NCBI GenBank assembly: GCA_041645165.1
Contig: JBAZQN010000004.1
Location: 18,789 to 82,788 of the forward strand
Reading direction: 5' to 3'
Origin: Patescibacteria group bacterium
GTDB taxonomy: Bacteria; Patescibacteriota; Patescibacteriia; 2-02-FULL-49-11
Length of the DNA: 64,000 nt
In this document: positions 1 to 9,777 of the stretch, in pieces
Layout of the letters: each line of letters opens with the position of its first letter
Numbering within the stretch: the first letter of the stretch is position 1
Translations under genes and position numbers: made by a program
Notes under the pieces: generated by a model
Database searches by the model: none
What the model was told of the DNA's origin: nothing
Seen by the model: only the letters and a program-made list of their open reading frames with translations

Positions 1-16
1 CCTATACGTAAGCGCG

Positions 17-931
17 GTGTGCCTCATTGCGCTTCTTTTCCAATATGTGAATTATTATTTTCCTGATCCTCTGCAGTACTATGAGACGATCTTCGGTGTG
101 CTGCGCCGCACCATCGCCACGGTGATCGTGGTGTTCCCCGTGTACGTGGCGACCGCATGGTATTTCCAAAAAGAAGCGGTGAAGGACCCTGCGCGGCGGG
201 ATATTAAAATCCGCAAATGGCTTGTGTATCTCACCTTGTTTGTGTCCGCAGTGACGGTCATTGTCGACCTCGTGGTGCTCGTCCATCGCTACCTGGGAGG
301 TGAGCTCACTCCCCGTTTTGGACTGAAAGTGCTCGCGGTGCTGCTCGTGGCGGCAGGACTCTTCTGGTATTATCTCTGGGATCTGAAACGGCAGGTAAGC
401 GTACTTCCGATAAAAATAAAAAATATTCTGCGCGCAACGGTCGGCATCGTAGGGATAGTGATCATCGGGGGATTCTTCCTCGTCGGCTCGCCCCAGAAAC
501 AAAGGCTGATACGGTTCGACGCGCAACGAATCACAGACCTGCAAATGATACAAAATGAAGTGATATATTTCTGGCAGCAAAAAAATTCCCTTCCGCAGGC
601 GCTTGAAGAACTTAACAATGATATCAGCGGGTTTCGCGCGCCTCTGGACCCAGAAACAAATGAACAATATGAATACGGCATCAAAGGCCCACTTGTGTTC
701 GAGCTCTGTGCGAACTTTAATACCACAGGAGACGAAGAGAACGCCCGGCGCGGCATTAAAACTGCACCAATCTACGGTACCGCTCAACAGAACTGGAACT
801 GGGAACATGGGATCGGCCGTGTGTGTTTTAAGCGCACCATTGACCCGGAAATTTATGGTAACAAAGAGGGAAACACTATCCGCCCGACACCGCTCCCCTC
901 GCCTCTGCCTGCCCAAAATATACCAGACTAA
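17..931 (+). CDS. DUF5671-like integral membrane protein. GTG start at 17, and the frame is open back to position 2, so it may be 5'-truncated by the window edge
   Basis: Several N-terminal hydrophobic helices followed by a soluble tail (QKQRLIRFD...EQYEYG), typical of the DUF5671 family by recall. The antisense ORF 2..1054 has no recognisable features. Confidence 0.5.
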   Translation: MCLIALLFQYVNYYFPDPLQYYETIFGVLRRTIATVIVVFPVYVATAWYFQKEAVKDPARRDIKIRKWLVYLTLFVSAVTVIVDLVVLVHRYLGGELTPRFGLKVLAVLLVAAGLFWYYLWDLKRQVSVLPIKIKNILRATVGIVGIVIIGGFFLVGSPQKQRLIRFDAQRITDLQMIQNEVIYFWQQKNSLPQALEELNNDISGFRAPLDPETNEQYEYGIKGPLVFELCANFNTTGDEENARRGIKTAPIYGTAQQNWNWEHGIGRVCFKRTIDPEIYGNKEGNTIRPTPLPSPLPAQNIPD

Positions 932-946
932 TAGCGCATAATTGCC

Positions 947-1642
947 ATGTCTACTGTAGTTAAAGTAGTCTATTTTCTGCTCTTTCTCGGACTGGTCGTC
1001 CTTCCGCATTTTATCGTAGAAGACATACTCTTTCTCCCGCAAGCATACGCGCAATCGCTCGGCTCGCTGGTGCTCGTGTGCGTTGGGCTACTTTTTTATT
1101 ACCTCCATAAATGGGATTTGCGAAGAATGGAAAAAAAACTGGAAATATCGACTGACAAGCTCAATGACGCTTATACCTACCTAGGCACGGTGAACCGCCG
1201 TTTACCGCTCTTGGAAGGCGTGACTACTGACCTGTTACGCACGTCTGATATGGAAAATAACAAAAAGAAGGAGGTATTTGTAAGCCTCCTCGCGACGGTC
1301 GTCACCTCTCTCGTGCGTGCGGACTGGGGCATGTTCCGCTTTATTGAAGTAGAAAGTAAAAATACCGTAAAAGAATTCATCTACACCCAAAAAAACTACG
1401 TGCTCCTTAAAACAGAATTCAGCAACCAAGAACTGCTGGATACGCGTAGCAACACAGGGCGTATACATGAGCTACGCGATCTCTATGTGCTCCACACCTC
1501 TGATGCCACCACCTCTCTGCCATGCTTCTTAATTTTCCCTAAAGGAGATGAAGAGATCGGTGACGTACTGACGGTTATACAAAGCATCGTGGATCAGGCG
1601 CAGCTTTTTTTTAAATACTACTACCCCACCGCAGCGCACTAA
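947..1642 (+). CDS. hypothetical membrane protein
   Basis: ATG ORF of 231 aa with two N-terminal TM helices. No recognisable catalytic motif. Confidence 0.4.
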   Translation: MSTVVKVVYFLLFLGLVVLPHFIVEDILFLPQAYAQSLGSLVLVCVGLLFYYLHKWDLRRMEKKLEISTDKLNDAYTYLGTVNRRLPLLEGVTTDLLRTSDMENNKKKEVFVSLLATVVTSLVRADWGMFRFIEVESKNTVKEFIYTQKNYVLLKTEFSNQELLDTRSNTGRIHELRDLYVLHTSDATTSLPCFLIFPKGDEEIGDVLTVIQSIVDQAQLFFKYYYPTAAH

Positions 1643-1730
1643 GGTAAAGCGCGCTCTTTTAGTCTTTCCACCACCTCTCTGCGGTGGTGTATTCGTCCCA
1701 GGCTTTCATCGACTATTTTTAAGGCGGGCC

Positions 1731-1779
1731 CTTAAAAAACAAAGTGCTGAAGTGATTGCTTAAATTCACACTCAGCACT
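1731..1779 (-). terminator. Rho-independent terminator for the minus-strand radical SAM operon
   Basis: Hairpin agtgctgaagtg...cactcagcact followed on the minus strand by a T-run (plus-strand aaaaaac at 1733-1739). It sits directly after the stop of CDS 1808..3202. Confidence 0.4.
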
Positions 1780-1807
1780 TTACGATAAGGCTCGCTCTGT
1801 GAGTAAA

Positions 1808-3202
1808 TCACTCATAGCTGACCCTTAGAATAGCCTGATAAAGATTCTCATTTTCCTTTACCAGCATTCCAAACTCCGGCAATAGCTGATCCGGAAAATT
1901 AGCGACTCTAGCCGTGTAAGGCATTGAGTCGCTGTTGAAGTATTTTTGCAAATCGGCGTATCGCCGGTGAAATTCTTCCACCGACATATGATGGGGCTTA
2001 AGTACTGTTTGCCGTAACGAGAAATGATCCGAATTATCAGTTAATAGATTGTTCGGATTGGTCCTCTCGTATAATACAGTCCCCTTAAATGGAGTGAGTA
2101 CGAAAAAGTGACAAGAAGTTAGCCCGAGCTCCATGCTCGTATAATTCAGAAGGTGGTCAAAATCATCTTGCGTGAAATTTTGATTTATCATTGACGTACC
2201 GTGTACGCTCACGGCATTTTGTCTGCAAATATTTATTGCCTTAGCATGCGATGTCGTCGTGTCCTCCTTTTTGTATGCCTCAAGCTGTTTGTCCGAGAAT
2301 CCATCAATGCCAATCCAAGCCTCCACCAAACCTGCACTTGCCCATTTTTCCAGCAGCCAAGGATTCTTTGCGACCGTGTCTGCACGGGTGTACATAATGA
2401 ATCTCTTGTTAATCCCCGAACTAATGATAGCCCCAGCTAATTCAAACATATAATCCGCTTCGATGAACGACTCATCGTCGGCTAAAAATATGTTCTCGGG
2501 AGTTAACGAGGCAATCTCTTGCACAATCCCAGCGATGTCTCGAATCTCATAACGCGGACAAATTTTCCAAAGGCAACAGAAGTTACATCTATATGGACAA
2601 CCGCTGGAAGTCTTGATTGATACCACTGGCTGTAAAACCTGCTCAAACCCCGGTCTGCCGATCGCAATATGATATTTGTACCGCGTAGATAATTCCCGAT
2701 TGGGATTCGGATAACTTTGTAATGTAACCGATGGCACAAAGCTAGTATCAATCATTGCTTGAACTACTTTCAGTCTTCTTCCTTGGGCGATCATCTTCAC
2801 TGTCACGGGAAAATTACCCATGGGATTCCTCCATATGACAACGTCGACTTTCTGAAAGAAATCGTATGGCCACAACATCACATGTATTCCTCCGACTACT
2901 GTTATGATCTTGCGATCGATATCTTTAGTTATCTGGGCGAGTTGCAACACTCTCCCAGTATTGGAGGATGTTCTTGCAGAAAAGGCAATGACATCGGGCT
3001 GAAAAGCCCTGATCGTCTGCCTAAATGCAGTATCCGGCTCCGCTTCATTATTCAAATCAATTAGACAGAGATCGTGGTAGTCCTCTACTGTCGCCGCAAC
3101 ATAACTCAACCCCAACGGTTCAAAATTATAAAAGTGCATCCCCGCGTTGACCACTGGATTGAGAGAATCTGGCTGCACAAACAATATCTTCATTTTAATC
3201 AC
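1808..3202 (-). CDS. B12-binding domain radical SAM protein (class B rSAM-like)
   Basis: N-terminal Rossmann-like B12-binding region (ILFVQPD...VIAFSA...VVGGIH). Canonical CxxxCxxC motif SSGCPYRCNFCC. 464 aa. Confidence 0.8.
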   Translation of the reverse strand: MIKMKILFVQPDSLNPVVNAGMHFYNFEPLGLSYVAATVEDYHDLCLIDLNNEAEPDTAFRQTIRAFQPDVIAFSARTSSNTGRVLQLAQITKDIDRKIITVVGGIHVMLWPYDFFQKVDVVIWRNPMGNFPVTVKMIAQGRRLKVVQAMIDTSFVPSVTLQSYPNPNRELSTRYKYHIAIGRPGFEQVLQPVVSIKTSSGCPYRCNFCCLWKICPRYEIRDIAGIVQEIASLTPENIFLADDESFIEADYMFELAGAIISSGINKRFIMYTRADTVAKNPWLLEKWASAGLVEAWIGIDGFSDKQLEAYKKEDTTTSHAKAINICRQNAVSVHGTSMINQNFTQDDFDHLLNYTSMELGLTSCHFFVLTPFKGTVLYERTNPNNLLTDNSDHFSLRQTVLKPHHMSVEEFHRRYADLQKYFNSDSMPYTARVANFPDQLLPEFGMLVKENENLYQAILRVSYE

Positions 3203-3241
3203 CTCTCTTTTTTGTATTTTATTTTTAACTGATTTTTAAGC

Positions 3242-4321
3242 TTAGCATGGGCATTCCAGAATACCCGCACTTATTTTCGGGAAGCATCTCCCCACCCACC
3301 TTTCTTTCCCGTACTTTCTATCCTTTATCTTACTGCACCGTTGCCACAACTCCGCGAGCGAAGAGTCGCGTATATTCCCAACAGTATCATCAGCCTCACA
3401 GAGTTTAATGTTCCCGATATCGTCCATATACATCCCGGCGCGAGCAATATCGCATGGTAAACCACCTGGGAATGCAACGGGGTCGGGGAAATAAATTCCT
3501 TCATGTTCTCTCAAAGTAACAAGTCTTTGTATGAGGTTTGTAATCTCACGAGGGCATGGAGAGTACTTTACTCTGATTTCAGGATCAGCCACCTTTCCAA
3601 TTGGCATTAATGGACAGACGAGCGGATAGATATTATTATGCAGTGCAAAATTAAAGATATATGCTATCTTGCCGTAGTTCTGTTTCAGGAGGACAATTCC
3701 GAAACCCAGCCTCGTAGGATGATATCTATTGAAGCCAGCAGACAGTAGGCGTGTGAGAGCTTTATTTCTCAAGGTAGAATATCCTTTCCGTTGGACGATG
3801 CTATCCTGCTGTTGTCTCTCGTACTTGAGCATTACCGTAGCTCCTATATCATGAAGTTTCCGCACGATTCCATCACACGAAAGGTGGTGAATTTTTTGTG
3901 CGAGTTCATCCGATCCCAGCACATCTCCACAGGTGAATAAAACAGGAATCACGCCAAGATTTCTGATCTTAGCGAGCAGAGGGAGTATATCTTTCCGTAG
4001 TAATGGTTCTCCTTCACCGAGAATTTTGATACTTTTCCCTCCTAGTGCTGCAAACTCTTCAAACACCCGTACAATCTCATCTTGTGTTAATTTAGGTCCA
4101 TGATTTACGCCGAAATACCCGCAATAGAAGCACTTGTTCAAACATCCACCTGGTAATGCACAGTCCATCGTGAGAGGGATGTTGTTTTTTCTTGCCTGCA
4201 CAATATCTTTATCAGAGAATGTGCCTCCCTCATATCCAAAAATTTTTGTTGTGTTTTTCATTTTTTGTCTCCTTATTTTTTTCATGTTAAAGAACATGCT
4301 TTTTATTTTTGTTATTTCCAT
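3242..4321 (-). CDS. radical SAM protein with Cys-rich C-terminal (SPASM/twitch-like) domain. Start may be an internal Met (e.g. 4285)
   Basis: CxxxCxxC motif CLNKCFYC preceded by GGC. At least seven additional Cys in the last ~120 aa (SPCP, LPCD, KLCE, QRCS, GRCF, LECPC). Confidence 0.75.
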   Translation of the reverse strand: MEITKIKSMFFNMKKIRRQKMKNTTKIFGYEGGTFSDKDIVQARKNNIPLTMDCALPGGCLNKCFYCGYFGVNHGPKLTQDEIVRVFEEFAALGGKSIKILGEGEPLLRKDILPLLAKIRNLGVIPVLFTCGDVLGSDELAQKIHHLSCDGIVRKLHDIGATVMLKYERQQQDSIVQRKGYSTLRNKALTRLLSAGFNRYHPTRLGFGIVLLKQNYGKIAYIFNFALHNNIYPLVCPLMPIGKVADPEIRVKYSPCPREITNLIQRLVTLREHEGIYFPDPVAFPGGLPCDIARAGMYMDDIGNIKLCEADDTVGNIRDSSLAELWQRCSKIKDRKYGKERWVGRCFPKISAGILECPC

Positions 4322-5624
4322 TTATAGAGTCTATTGATAACCCTTCTTTCAATGCACCCAGTATGCCAGCTGCCTCCAGATAATTCCGCGCTCGGTAAAT
4401 ATTACTCTTGCTGACATTTAGTTTATCAGGTGTCACATCTAAGACTGTGGTATTATTTGTCACCGTGATGATCGGAATATGTAACTTATTTGCAATCAAT
4501 ACTGGGATGCCTCCGCAAGATGTTTCTGGACATACAACCGCTTGTACATCATTCCGAGTAACAACACTTGAGTATTTTTCCTGTGTAAATATTATTCTTG
4601 GAGCTTTTGATAGCCCTTTAAGCACACACACCAGACCGCTTTGCGAAACATATTCGCCGGCAGAGCGAGAATCAACCACGGAATATCCAACTGGTTTGTA
4701 ATTGAGAAGCGGCGCATGTCCGCAGGGCACGCCAAAACAATAACCAATCAGATGAGAAATAATCGCTTCCACGCCGCCGATAAGATTTGGCCATTTACCT
4801 CTTAAGTGTTTTTGGTACAAATTAGCATCAATCCCGTGAATAATAGAGGTTACCGCAATCGCGTCCGTGCCTGCTTTGAGAAGTTTTTCTGCATTCTTGA
4901 GCAACCCCTCTACATTTTTTATTGTTCCAACCATTGTTCCTGAAGGCGTCCTTTCGATTATCGCTCCAATACTCTCCGACATAACCTCTATAGCCGCGAC
5001 GTTAATGCCGTGTACCGCTTGCATAGCATTAACGATATTTTCAACTAATGCGAGTCCTTGTTTATCTACTTTCTCAATAAGAAGTCCAATTTTATTATTT
5101 CTGACTGGTGCAAAGCCGATATTCCCTAGCATTAATTGATCAATCATGAATCCTTCAACATAGAGTGCACTGTTTGGAATATTAAAAAAATCAGATGCGT
5201 TGTACACATTTGGGTGTGTAATCATGACATCTGATACCGTGGCAAGTAATTGATTTGCTGGCGCGGCATCGCCTGCAAAACCACCAATACTAGCACCAAT
5301 GCCGGTCGGAACTATATGAACTAACCCATAATGAGTGGAAGTTGTCTTTGTTTCATTGAGAGTAAGGACGAAAGGGTATTGGACTGAGACATTTGTAATA
5401 GTTGCCTCAACAATTGCCTGGCGACCCTTGATTGAATTTATACTCCATCGAAGAGGAAAATAGTTTTTTAATTGTTTATGAAATATTTTTAAGACACCGT
5501 CAAAGATGCTCTGACTTTTCTGCAGGCTTATCTTGAGTATCACGTTTTTTATACCTACTGTTCTTGTCATACTCCTGCGCTCTTTCCCACGCGAGTTTCC
5601 AAATTTCCTTCTGAGCTTGTGCAA
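4287..5624 (-). CDS. conserved hypothetical protein, possibly DUF3326-like. Start uncertain; possible internal start near 5570
   Basis: Long ORF with a glycine-rich motif VPTGIGASIGGFAGDA that I recall from the DUF3326 family. It is translationally coupled between the two rSAM genes and the TrmB gene. No catalytic assignment is possible. Confidence 0.45.
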   Translation of the reverse strand: MHKLRRKFGNSRGKERRSMTRTVGIKNVILKISLQKSQSIFDGVLKIFHKQLKNYFPLRWSINSIKGRQAIVEATITNVSVQYPFVLTLNETKTTSTHYGLVHIVPTGIGASIGGFAGDAAPANQLLATVSDVMITHPNVYNASDFFNIPNSALYVEGFMIDQLMLGNIGFAPVRNNKIGLLIEKVDKQGLALVENIVNAMQAVHGINVAAIEVMSESIGAIIERTPSGTMVGTIKNVEGLLKNAEKLLKAGTDAIAVTSIIHGIDANLYQKHLRGKWPNLIGGVEAIISHLIGYCFGVPCGHAPLLNYKPVGYSVVDSRSAGEYVSQSGLVCVLKGLSKAPRIIFTQEKYSSVVTRNDVQAVVCPETSCGGIPVLIANKLHIPIITVTNNTTVLDVTPDKLNVSKSNIYRARNYLEAAGILGALKEGLSIDSINGNNKNKKHVL

Positions 5625-6354
5625 AGGCGTGGCTTTTAATAATCATTCCGAACTTCTGTTCAAACTCCATAATTGCCACCTTATCGCTATAAATATTTAC
5701 CTCAAGTCCGAAATCGAAAGGAAGATCAACTAATTTGCTTTCACGGAGATGATTTTTGTCTCGGGCTTTGACGGATTGTGCGTATTTGGTATTCGGCATT
5801 ATAACCTTAATCGGTATTTTTTTATTTGTTCGCCTGTTGAAGTAATTTTCTATAAAATTTCCCAAGCGTTCATACACGATCTTGCCGCCGGCGTAAGCCA
5901 GAATTTCTTCTGAAGAGGTAAGCGTATCTTCATATACTTTCTTAATGCCCTCGATCCCTTCGTAAAAGCTTATTTCCGGTTTTTCTGTTCCAGTTTTATA
6001 AATTGTTTGCAGTTGGGCAATGATATCATCAACACTCAACTCGAGCTTTTTAGCGTTTCTCGTTACTCTTAAAACTATATCCTTAAGCCGCGCCGGGCTT
6101 AATGCCTTGATCGCCTTCCCTCTCCGCTTGTCTACAAGCAATTCAATCAACCCTTTCTCCAAAAGTGAATCAAGAACTTTATATCCCGTCACGCGGTCTA
6201 TGTGCGCCGCTTGTGAAATTTCTGGCACAGAAGCGATCCCCAAGGTAAGGGAGGCGGTATAAAATTTGATTTCACTATGAGATAAACCTAATTTCTTTAA
6301 AAAGTTGGTTATTTTTTCTTGTGGAAGCATATATTTTAGTTGATATATAGTCAA
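5500..6354 (-). CDS. TrmB-family HTH transcriptional regulator (paralog A). The likely true start is the internal Met at 6330
   Basis: N-terminal HTH (SHSEIKFYTASLTLGIASVPEISQAAHIDRVTGYKVLDSLLEKGLI) with a TrmB-like C-domain. It has two paralogs in this window (16887.., 47673..) sharing the FYEG..G....YED and K.PIK motifs. Confidence 0.7.
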   Translation of the reverse strand: MTIYQLKYMLPQEKITNFLKKLGLSHSEIKFYTASLTLGIASVPEISQAAHIDRVTGYKVLDSLLEKGLIELLVDKRRGKAIKALSPARLKDIVLRVTRNAKKLELSVDDIIAQLQTIYKTGTEKPEISFYEGIEGIKKVYEDTLTSSEEILAYAGGKIVYERLGNFIENYFNRRTNKKIPIKVIMPNTKYAQSVKARDKNHLRESKLVDLPFDFGLEVNIYSDKVAIMEFEQKFGMIIKSHAFAQAQKEIWKLAWERAQEYDKNSRYKKRDTQDKPAEKSEHL

Positions 6355-6410
6355 ATAATTATTATATTGTTAGAAAAAATAAGTTTGGTTAGCCAATAAT
6401 ATGATATCTT

Positions 6411-6431
6411 TTAGTTGACGATGTGTCAACT
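6411..6431. promoter_or_regulatory. perfect inverted repeat TAGTTGAC-N5-GTCAACTA in the promoter region of the rSAM/TrmB operon; candidate operator
   Basis: tagttgacgatgtgtcaacta sits in an AT-rich region upstream of the TrmB-A start. Confidence 0.3.
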
Positions 6432-6508
6432 AATAATAAAACCAACTCTGTAAGAGTGGCTGATAAAGATAATTATATAATCCCCATTACGGGGAATAAA
6501 TGAAATGC

Positions 6509-9500
6509 TTAGCCTTTCCACCACCTCTCTGCGGTGGTGTATTCGTCCCAGGCTTTCGCGGAGAGATCGTCTTCTTTTGTGGTGCTGAGTGAACGCAAAT
6601 ACATTTTCGCGATTTTGAGGTCAGTATGGAGAGGGATATGGCTGTCCACCGCCAATCTTCTGATAAAAAAGCCGTCAGTCCGCGAAGACGAGGTCTGACG
6701 GCGTTCAGGGATATTAATAACACAATCAACTTTCCTCCCCCTTATCCATTCGCTGACATTGGGGCTCCCCCCTTCGCTCACCTTGCGCAAGCACAACGTT
6801 TCGATGCCGTTATCCTCCAAAAAATTCGCGGTATGCTCCGTGGCGGCGAAAACGAATCCCTGACGGGAAAGTGCCTGGATATCAAAAAGAAGAATACCTT
6901 TGGCGGTATCTGGGCCGATCGAAAGGAGTATTGTTTTTTTAGGATAATAATTGCCTGCCGCCGCAATCGCCTTCAAAAAAGCCTCCTCATAAGAATCGCC
7001 GAAACAGGCCACCTCGCCGGTGGACGCCATTTCCACCGTAGGCTTCGGGTCCGCGCCTTTAATGCGGCTAAAGGAATACTTAGGCGCTTTCACGGCCACA
7101 TAATCAAGGTCAAGGGTACGGTAATCTCCGCGGATATCCTCACCGAGCATGGCGCGGGTGGCGAAATCAATAAAATTATAACGAGACACCTTTGACACGA
7201 AAGGAAATGACCGGCTTGCGCGAAGATTGCACTCAATCACCTGGATGCGGTTGTCTTTGACGAGGAATTGGATATTGAAGGGGCCGGTGATATCTAACTC
7301 TTTCACGATATTCCTGCATACGAGCTTCACCCGCCGCGTCGTTTCAAGGAACAGCCGCTGTGGGGGATAGACGACGGTCGCGTCGCCCGAATGGACTCCC
7401 GCGTGCTCCACGTGTTCGGTAACCGCATATAGCACCAGCTCACCCTTTTGCGCGACACCGTCGATCTCCACCTCTTTGGCGCCCTCAATGAATTTCGAGA
7501 CGACCACGGGATGATCCGGCGTCACGGCCGATGCCGCAGTAAGATAGCGGGTAAGCTCTTCCTCATCCTCCGCGACATTCATGGCCGATCCTGAAAGCAC
7601 GTAGGACGGGCGCACGAGTACGGGAAATCCCGCGGCATTGGCAAACGCGCACGCTTCGCGCACGGTAGTGAGCTCTTTCCATGCAGGCTGGTCTATATTG
7701 AGCCGGTCAAGAAGCGCGGAAAACTTGTGCCGATCCTCTGCGCGGTCTATATTCCGGGCTGACGTGCCCCACAGGGGCACTTTGGCGTGCGCAAGAGACA
7801 GCGCAAGGTTATTCGGCACCTGCCCTCCCATAGAGACCACCAATCCCCTCGGACGCTCAAATTCGCAGATATCCAGGATGCGCTCCAAGGTCAATTCCTC
7901 GAAGTAGAGGCGATCAGACATGTCATAGTCAGTGGAGACCGTCTCGGGATTTGAATTGACCACAATCGTGCGAATTTTCTTGTGCCGCAAAGTTTTGGCA
8001 GTATTCACGCAGCACCAGTCAAATTCAACTGAAGAGCCGATGCGATAGGGGCCGGAACCAAGCACGATGGCGGGGCGCCGCTCACGCGTTACATCATGTG
8101 CGCTCCCGTGGTAAGTGCAGTAGAGGTAATTGGTCTTCGCGGGAAATTCTCCCGCGGTCGTATCAATTTGTTTTACCGTAGGCACCACGCCGCATTGTTT
8201 CCTCAACCTGCGGACCGCGTGTTCTGTATGGGCGCACGCCTCAGCGATGCACGCATCTGAAAATCCTAACTGTTTAAGTTTTTTTAATGCAGGTGTGTTG
8301 CGCCTCACTTCGTCCCATCCTTTTGCGCGTAAGGACGCATACGCTCCCGCAAGCGTTTTGAGATGCGAGAGAAACCATGGATCAATGCCGCTCAAGCGCG
8401 CGATGCGGGAGACGTTCACCTTGTGCCCTAGCGCAAAGGTAAAGGCAAAAAGGCGCGACGGCGTAGGAATGCGGATATCGCGGAGCGCTTTCTCAAGGTC
8501 ATGATATCCGTTATTCATAAACAGTTCTTTTCCCAAGCACAACATCCTCACCGCCTTTTGAAGCGCCTCAGGGAAACTGCGCCCCAGCGCCATCACTTCG
8601 CCCACGCTTTTCATCTCTGAACCTATAGTAAGCTCGGCGGCGCGGAATTTCGTAAGGTCCCACCGGGGAATTTTTACTGCGATATAATCAAGAGCCGGTT
8701 CGAAAAAGCTGCCGGTCGCGCGCGTAATCGCATTGGGTATCGCATGGAGCGGAATCCCAAGCGCCGCTTTGGTCGCCACAAATGCCAGAGGATATCCCGT
8801 GGCTTTTGACGCGAGCGCAGACGAGCGGGAAAGGCGCGCATTCACCTCTATCACTCTGATACGAGGCATGACACGGCTTTTCACCCGAGGTTTCGGCTCT
8901 ACTGCAAACTGGATATTGCATTCTCCCACAATATCCAGGTGATGCGCCACCTTGAGCGCCATGGCGCGCAATAAATGGTATTCCTTATTGGAAAGCGTTT
9001 GCGAGGGAGCAACCACGATGCTTTCGCCCGTGTGGATGCCCATGGGATCCATATTTTCCATATTGCACACGGTAACCGCATTGCCAAAAGAATCCCGCAT
9101 GATCTCATATTCAATTTCCTTCCAACCTCCCAAGTACTCTTCCAAAAGGGCCTCTCCCCCCTGCGACAGCGCAGTGTTTAATAACTCCCTTAATTCACGC
9201 GGGTTGCGCGCATAACCAGACCCTAAACCTCCCAGCGAAAAACCAACACGTACCATGACCGGATAGGCAATGCGTTTTGCGAAGAGAAGCCCCTCCTCCA
9301 TATTCTTCACGGTGGTGCCGCGCGGCACCGCGATCCCGATCTTTTGAAGCCGCGCAGAAAAAGCAGCCCTGTCTTCAGTGTCATGAATCGTTTTCAGGGA
9401 AGTGCCTAAAACGCGGACCCGATGCCGCTTCAGAACGCCCTCGCGATCCAACTCAAGTCCGAGGTTCAATGCAGACTGGCCTCCCACATTCAAGAGGATG

Positions 9501-9769
9501 GCATCAGGGTGCTCCCGCGCGATAATGCGCGCAGCAAAATGAAGGGTCAGGGGAAGAAAATATACCCGATCCGCAAAATCCGCGTCAGTCTGCACGGTGG
9601 CGATGTTGGGATTTAAGAGAACAGTTTTGATGCCTTCTTCCTTAAGCGCCTTAATCGCCTGCGAACCGGAATAATCAAACTCTCCGGCTTGGCCGATTTT
9701 CAAACCGCCGGAACCGATGATAAATACTTTCTTCGGAAGGGTCTTTTTTGATAATGTGTTTTGCATCAC
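6509..9769 (-). CDS. carB: carbamoyl-phosphate synthase large subunit
   Basis: 1086 aa with duplicated ATP-grasp halves. N-terminus KKVFIIGSGGLKIGQAGEFDYSGSQA. C-terminal MGS-like domain. The last 15 codons are encoded by a dispersed 47-bp repeat (see findings). Confidence 0.95.
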   Translation of the reverse strand: MMQNTLSKKTLPKKVFIIGSGGLKIGQAGEFDYSGSQAIKALKEEGIKTVLLNPNIATVQTDADFADRVYFLPLTLHFAARIIAREHPDAILLNVGGQSALNLGLELDREGVLKRHRVRVLGTSLKTIHDTEDRAAFSARLQKIGIAVPRGTTVKNMEEGLLFAKRIAYPVMVRVGFSLGGLGSGYARNPRELRELLNTALSQGGEALLEEYLGGWKEIEYEIMRDSFGNAVTVCNMENMDPMGIHTGESIVVAPSQTLSNKEYHLLRAMALKVAHHLDIVGECNIQFAVEPKPRVKSRVMPRIRVIEVNARLSRSSALASKATGYPLAFVATKAALGIPLHAIPNAITRATGSFFEPALDYIAVKIPRWDLTKFRAAELTIGSEMKSVGEVMALGRSFPEALQKAVRMLCLGKELFMNNGYHDLEKALRDIRIPTPSRLFAFTFALGHKVNVSRIARLSGIDPWFLSHLKTLAGAYASLRAKGWDEVRRNTPALKKLKQLGFSDACIAEACAHTEHAVRRLRKQCGVVPTVKQIDTTAGEFPAKTNYLYCTYHGSAHDVTRERRPAIVLGSGPYRIGSSVEFDWCCVNTAKTLRHKKIRTIVVNSNPETVSTDYDMSDRLYFEELTLERILDICEFERPRGLVVSMGGQVPNNLALSLAHAKVPLWGTSARNIDRAEDRHKFSALLDRLNIDQPAWKELTTVREACAFANAAGFPVLVRPSYVLSGSAMNVAEDEEELTRYLTAASAVTPDHPVVVSKFIEGAKEVEIDGVAQKGELVLYAVTEHVEHAGVHSGDATVVYPPQRLFLETTRRVKLVCRNIVKELDITGPFNIQFLVKDNRIQVIECNLRASRSFPFVSKVSRYNFIDFATRAMLGEDIRGDYRTLDLDYVAVKAPKYSFSRIKGADPKPTVEMASTGEVACFGDSYEEAFLKAIAAAGNYYPKKTILLSIGPDTAKGILLFDIQALSRQGFVFAATEHTANFLEDNGIETLCLRKVSEGGSPNVSEWIRGRKVDCVINIPERRQTSSSRTDGFFIRRLAVDSHIPLHTDLKIAKMYLRSLSTTKEDDLSAKAWDEYTTAERWWKG

Positions 9770-9777
9770 AAAGGATA

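Noticed and set aside
2-1054. 350-aa minus-strand ORF covering the first kilobase
   Set aside because: It is antisense to the DUF5671-like membrane protein and a second membrane protein, both of which show coherent TM architecture. The 350-aa product has no motif and a low-complexity, His/Arg-rich composition typical of the shadow frame in a GC-rich region.
6626-9616. Several 60-190-aa ORFs on the plus strand inside carB (6626..7195, 7638..7907, 8130..8504, 9277..9525 and others)
   Set aside because: All lie within and opposite the 1086-aa CarB, which has end-to-end homology. They are frame-shadow ORFs.
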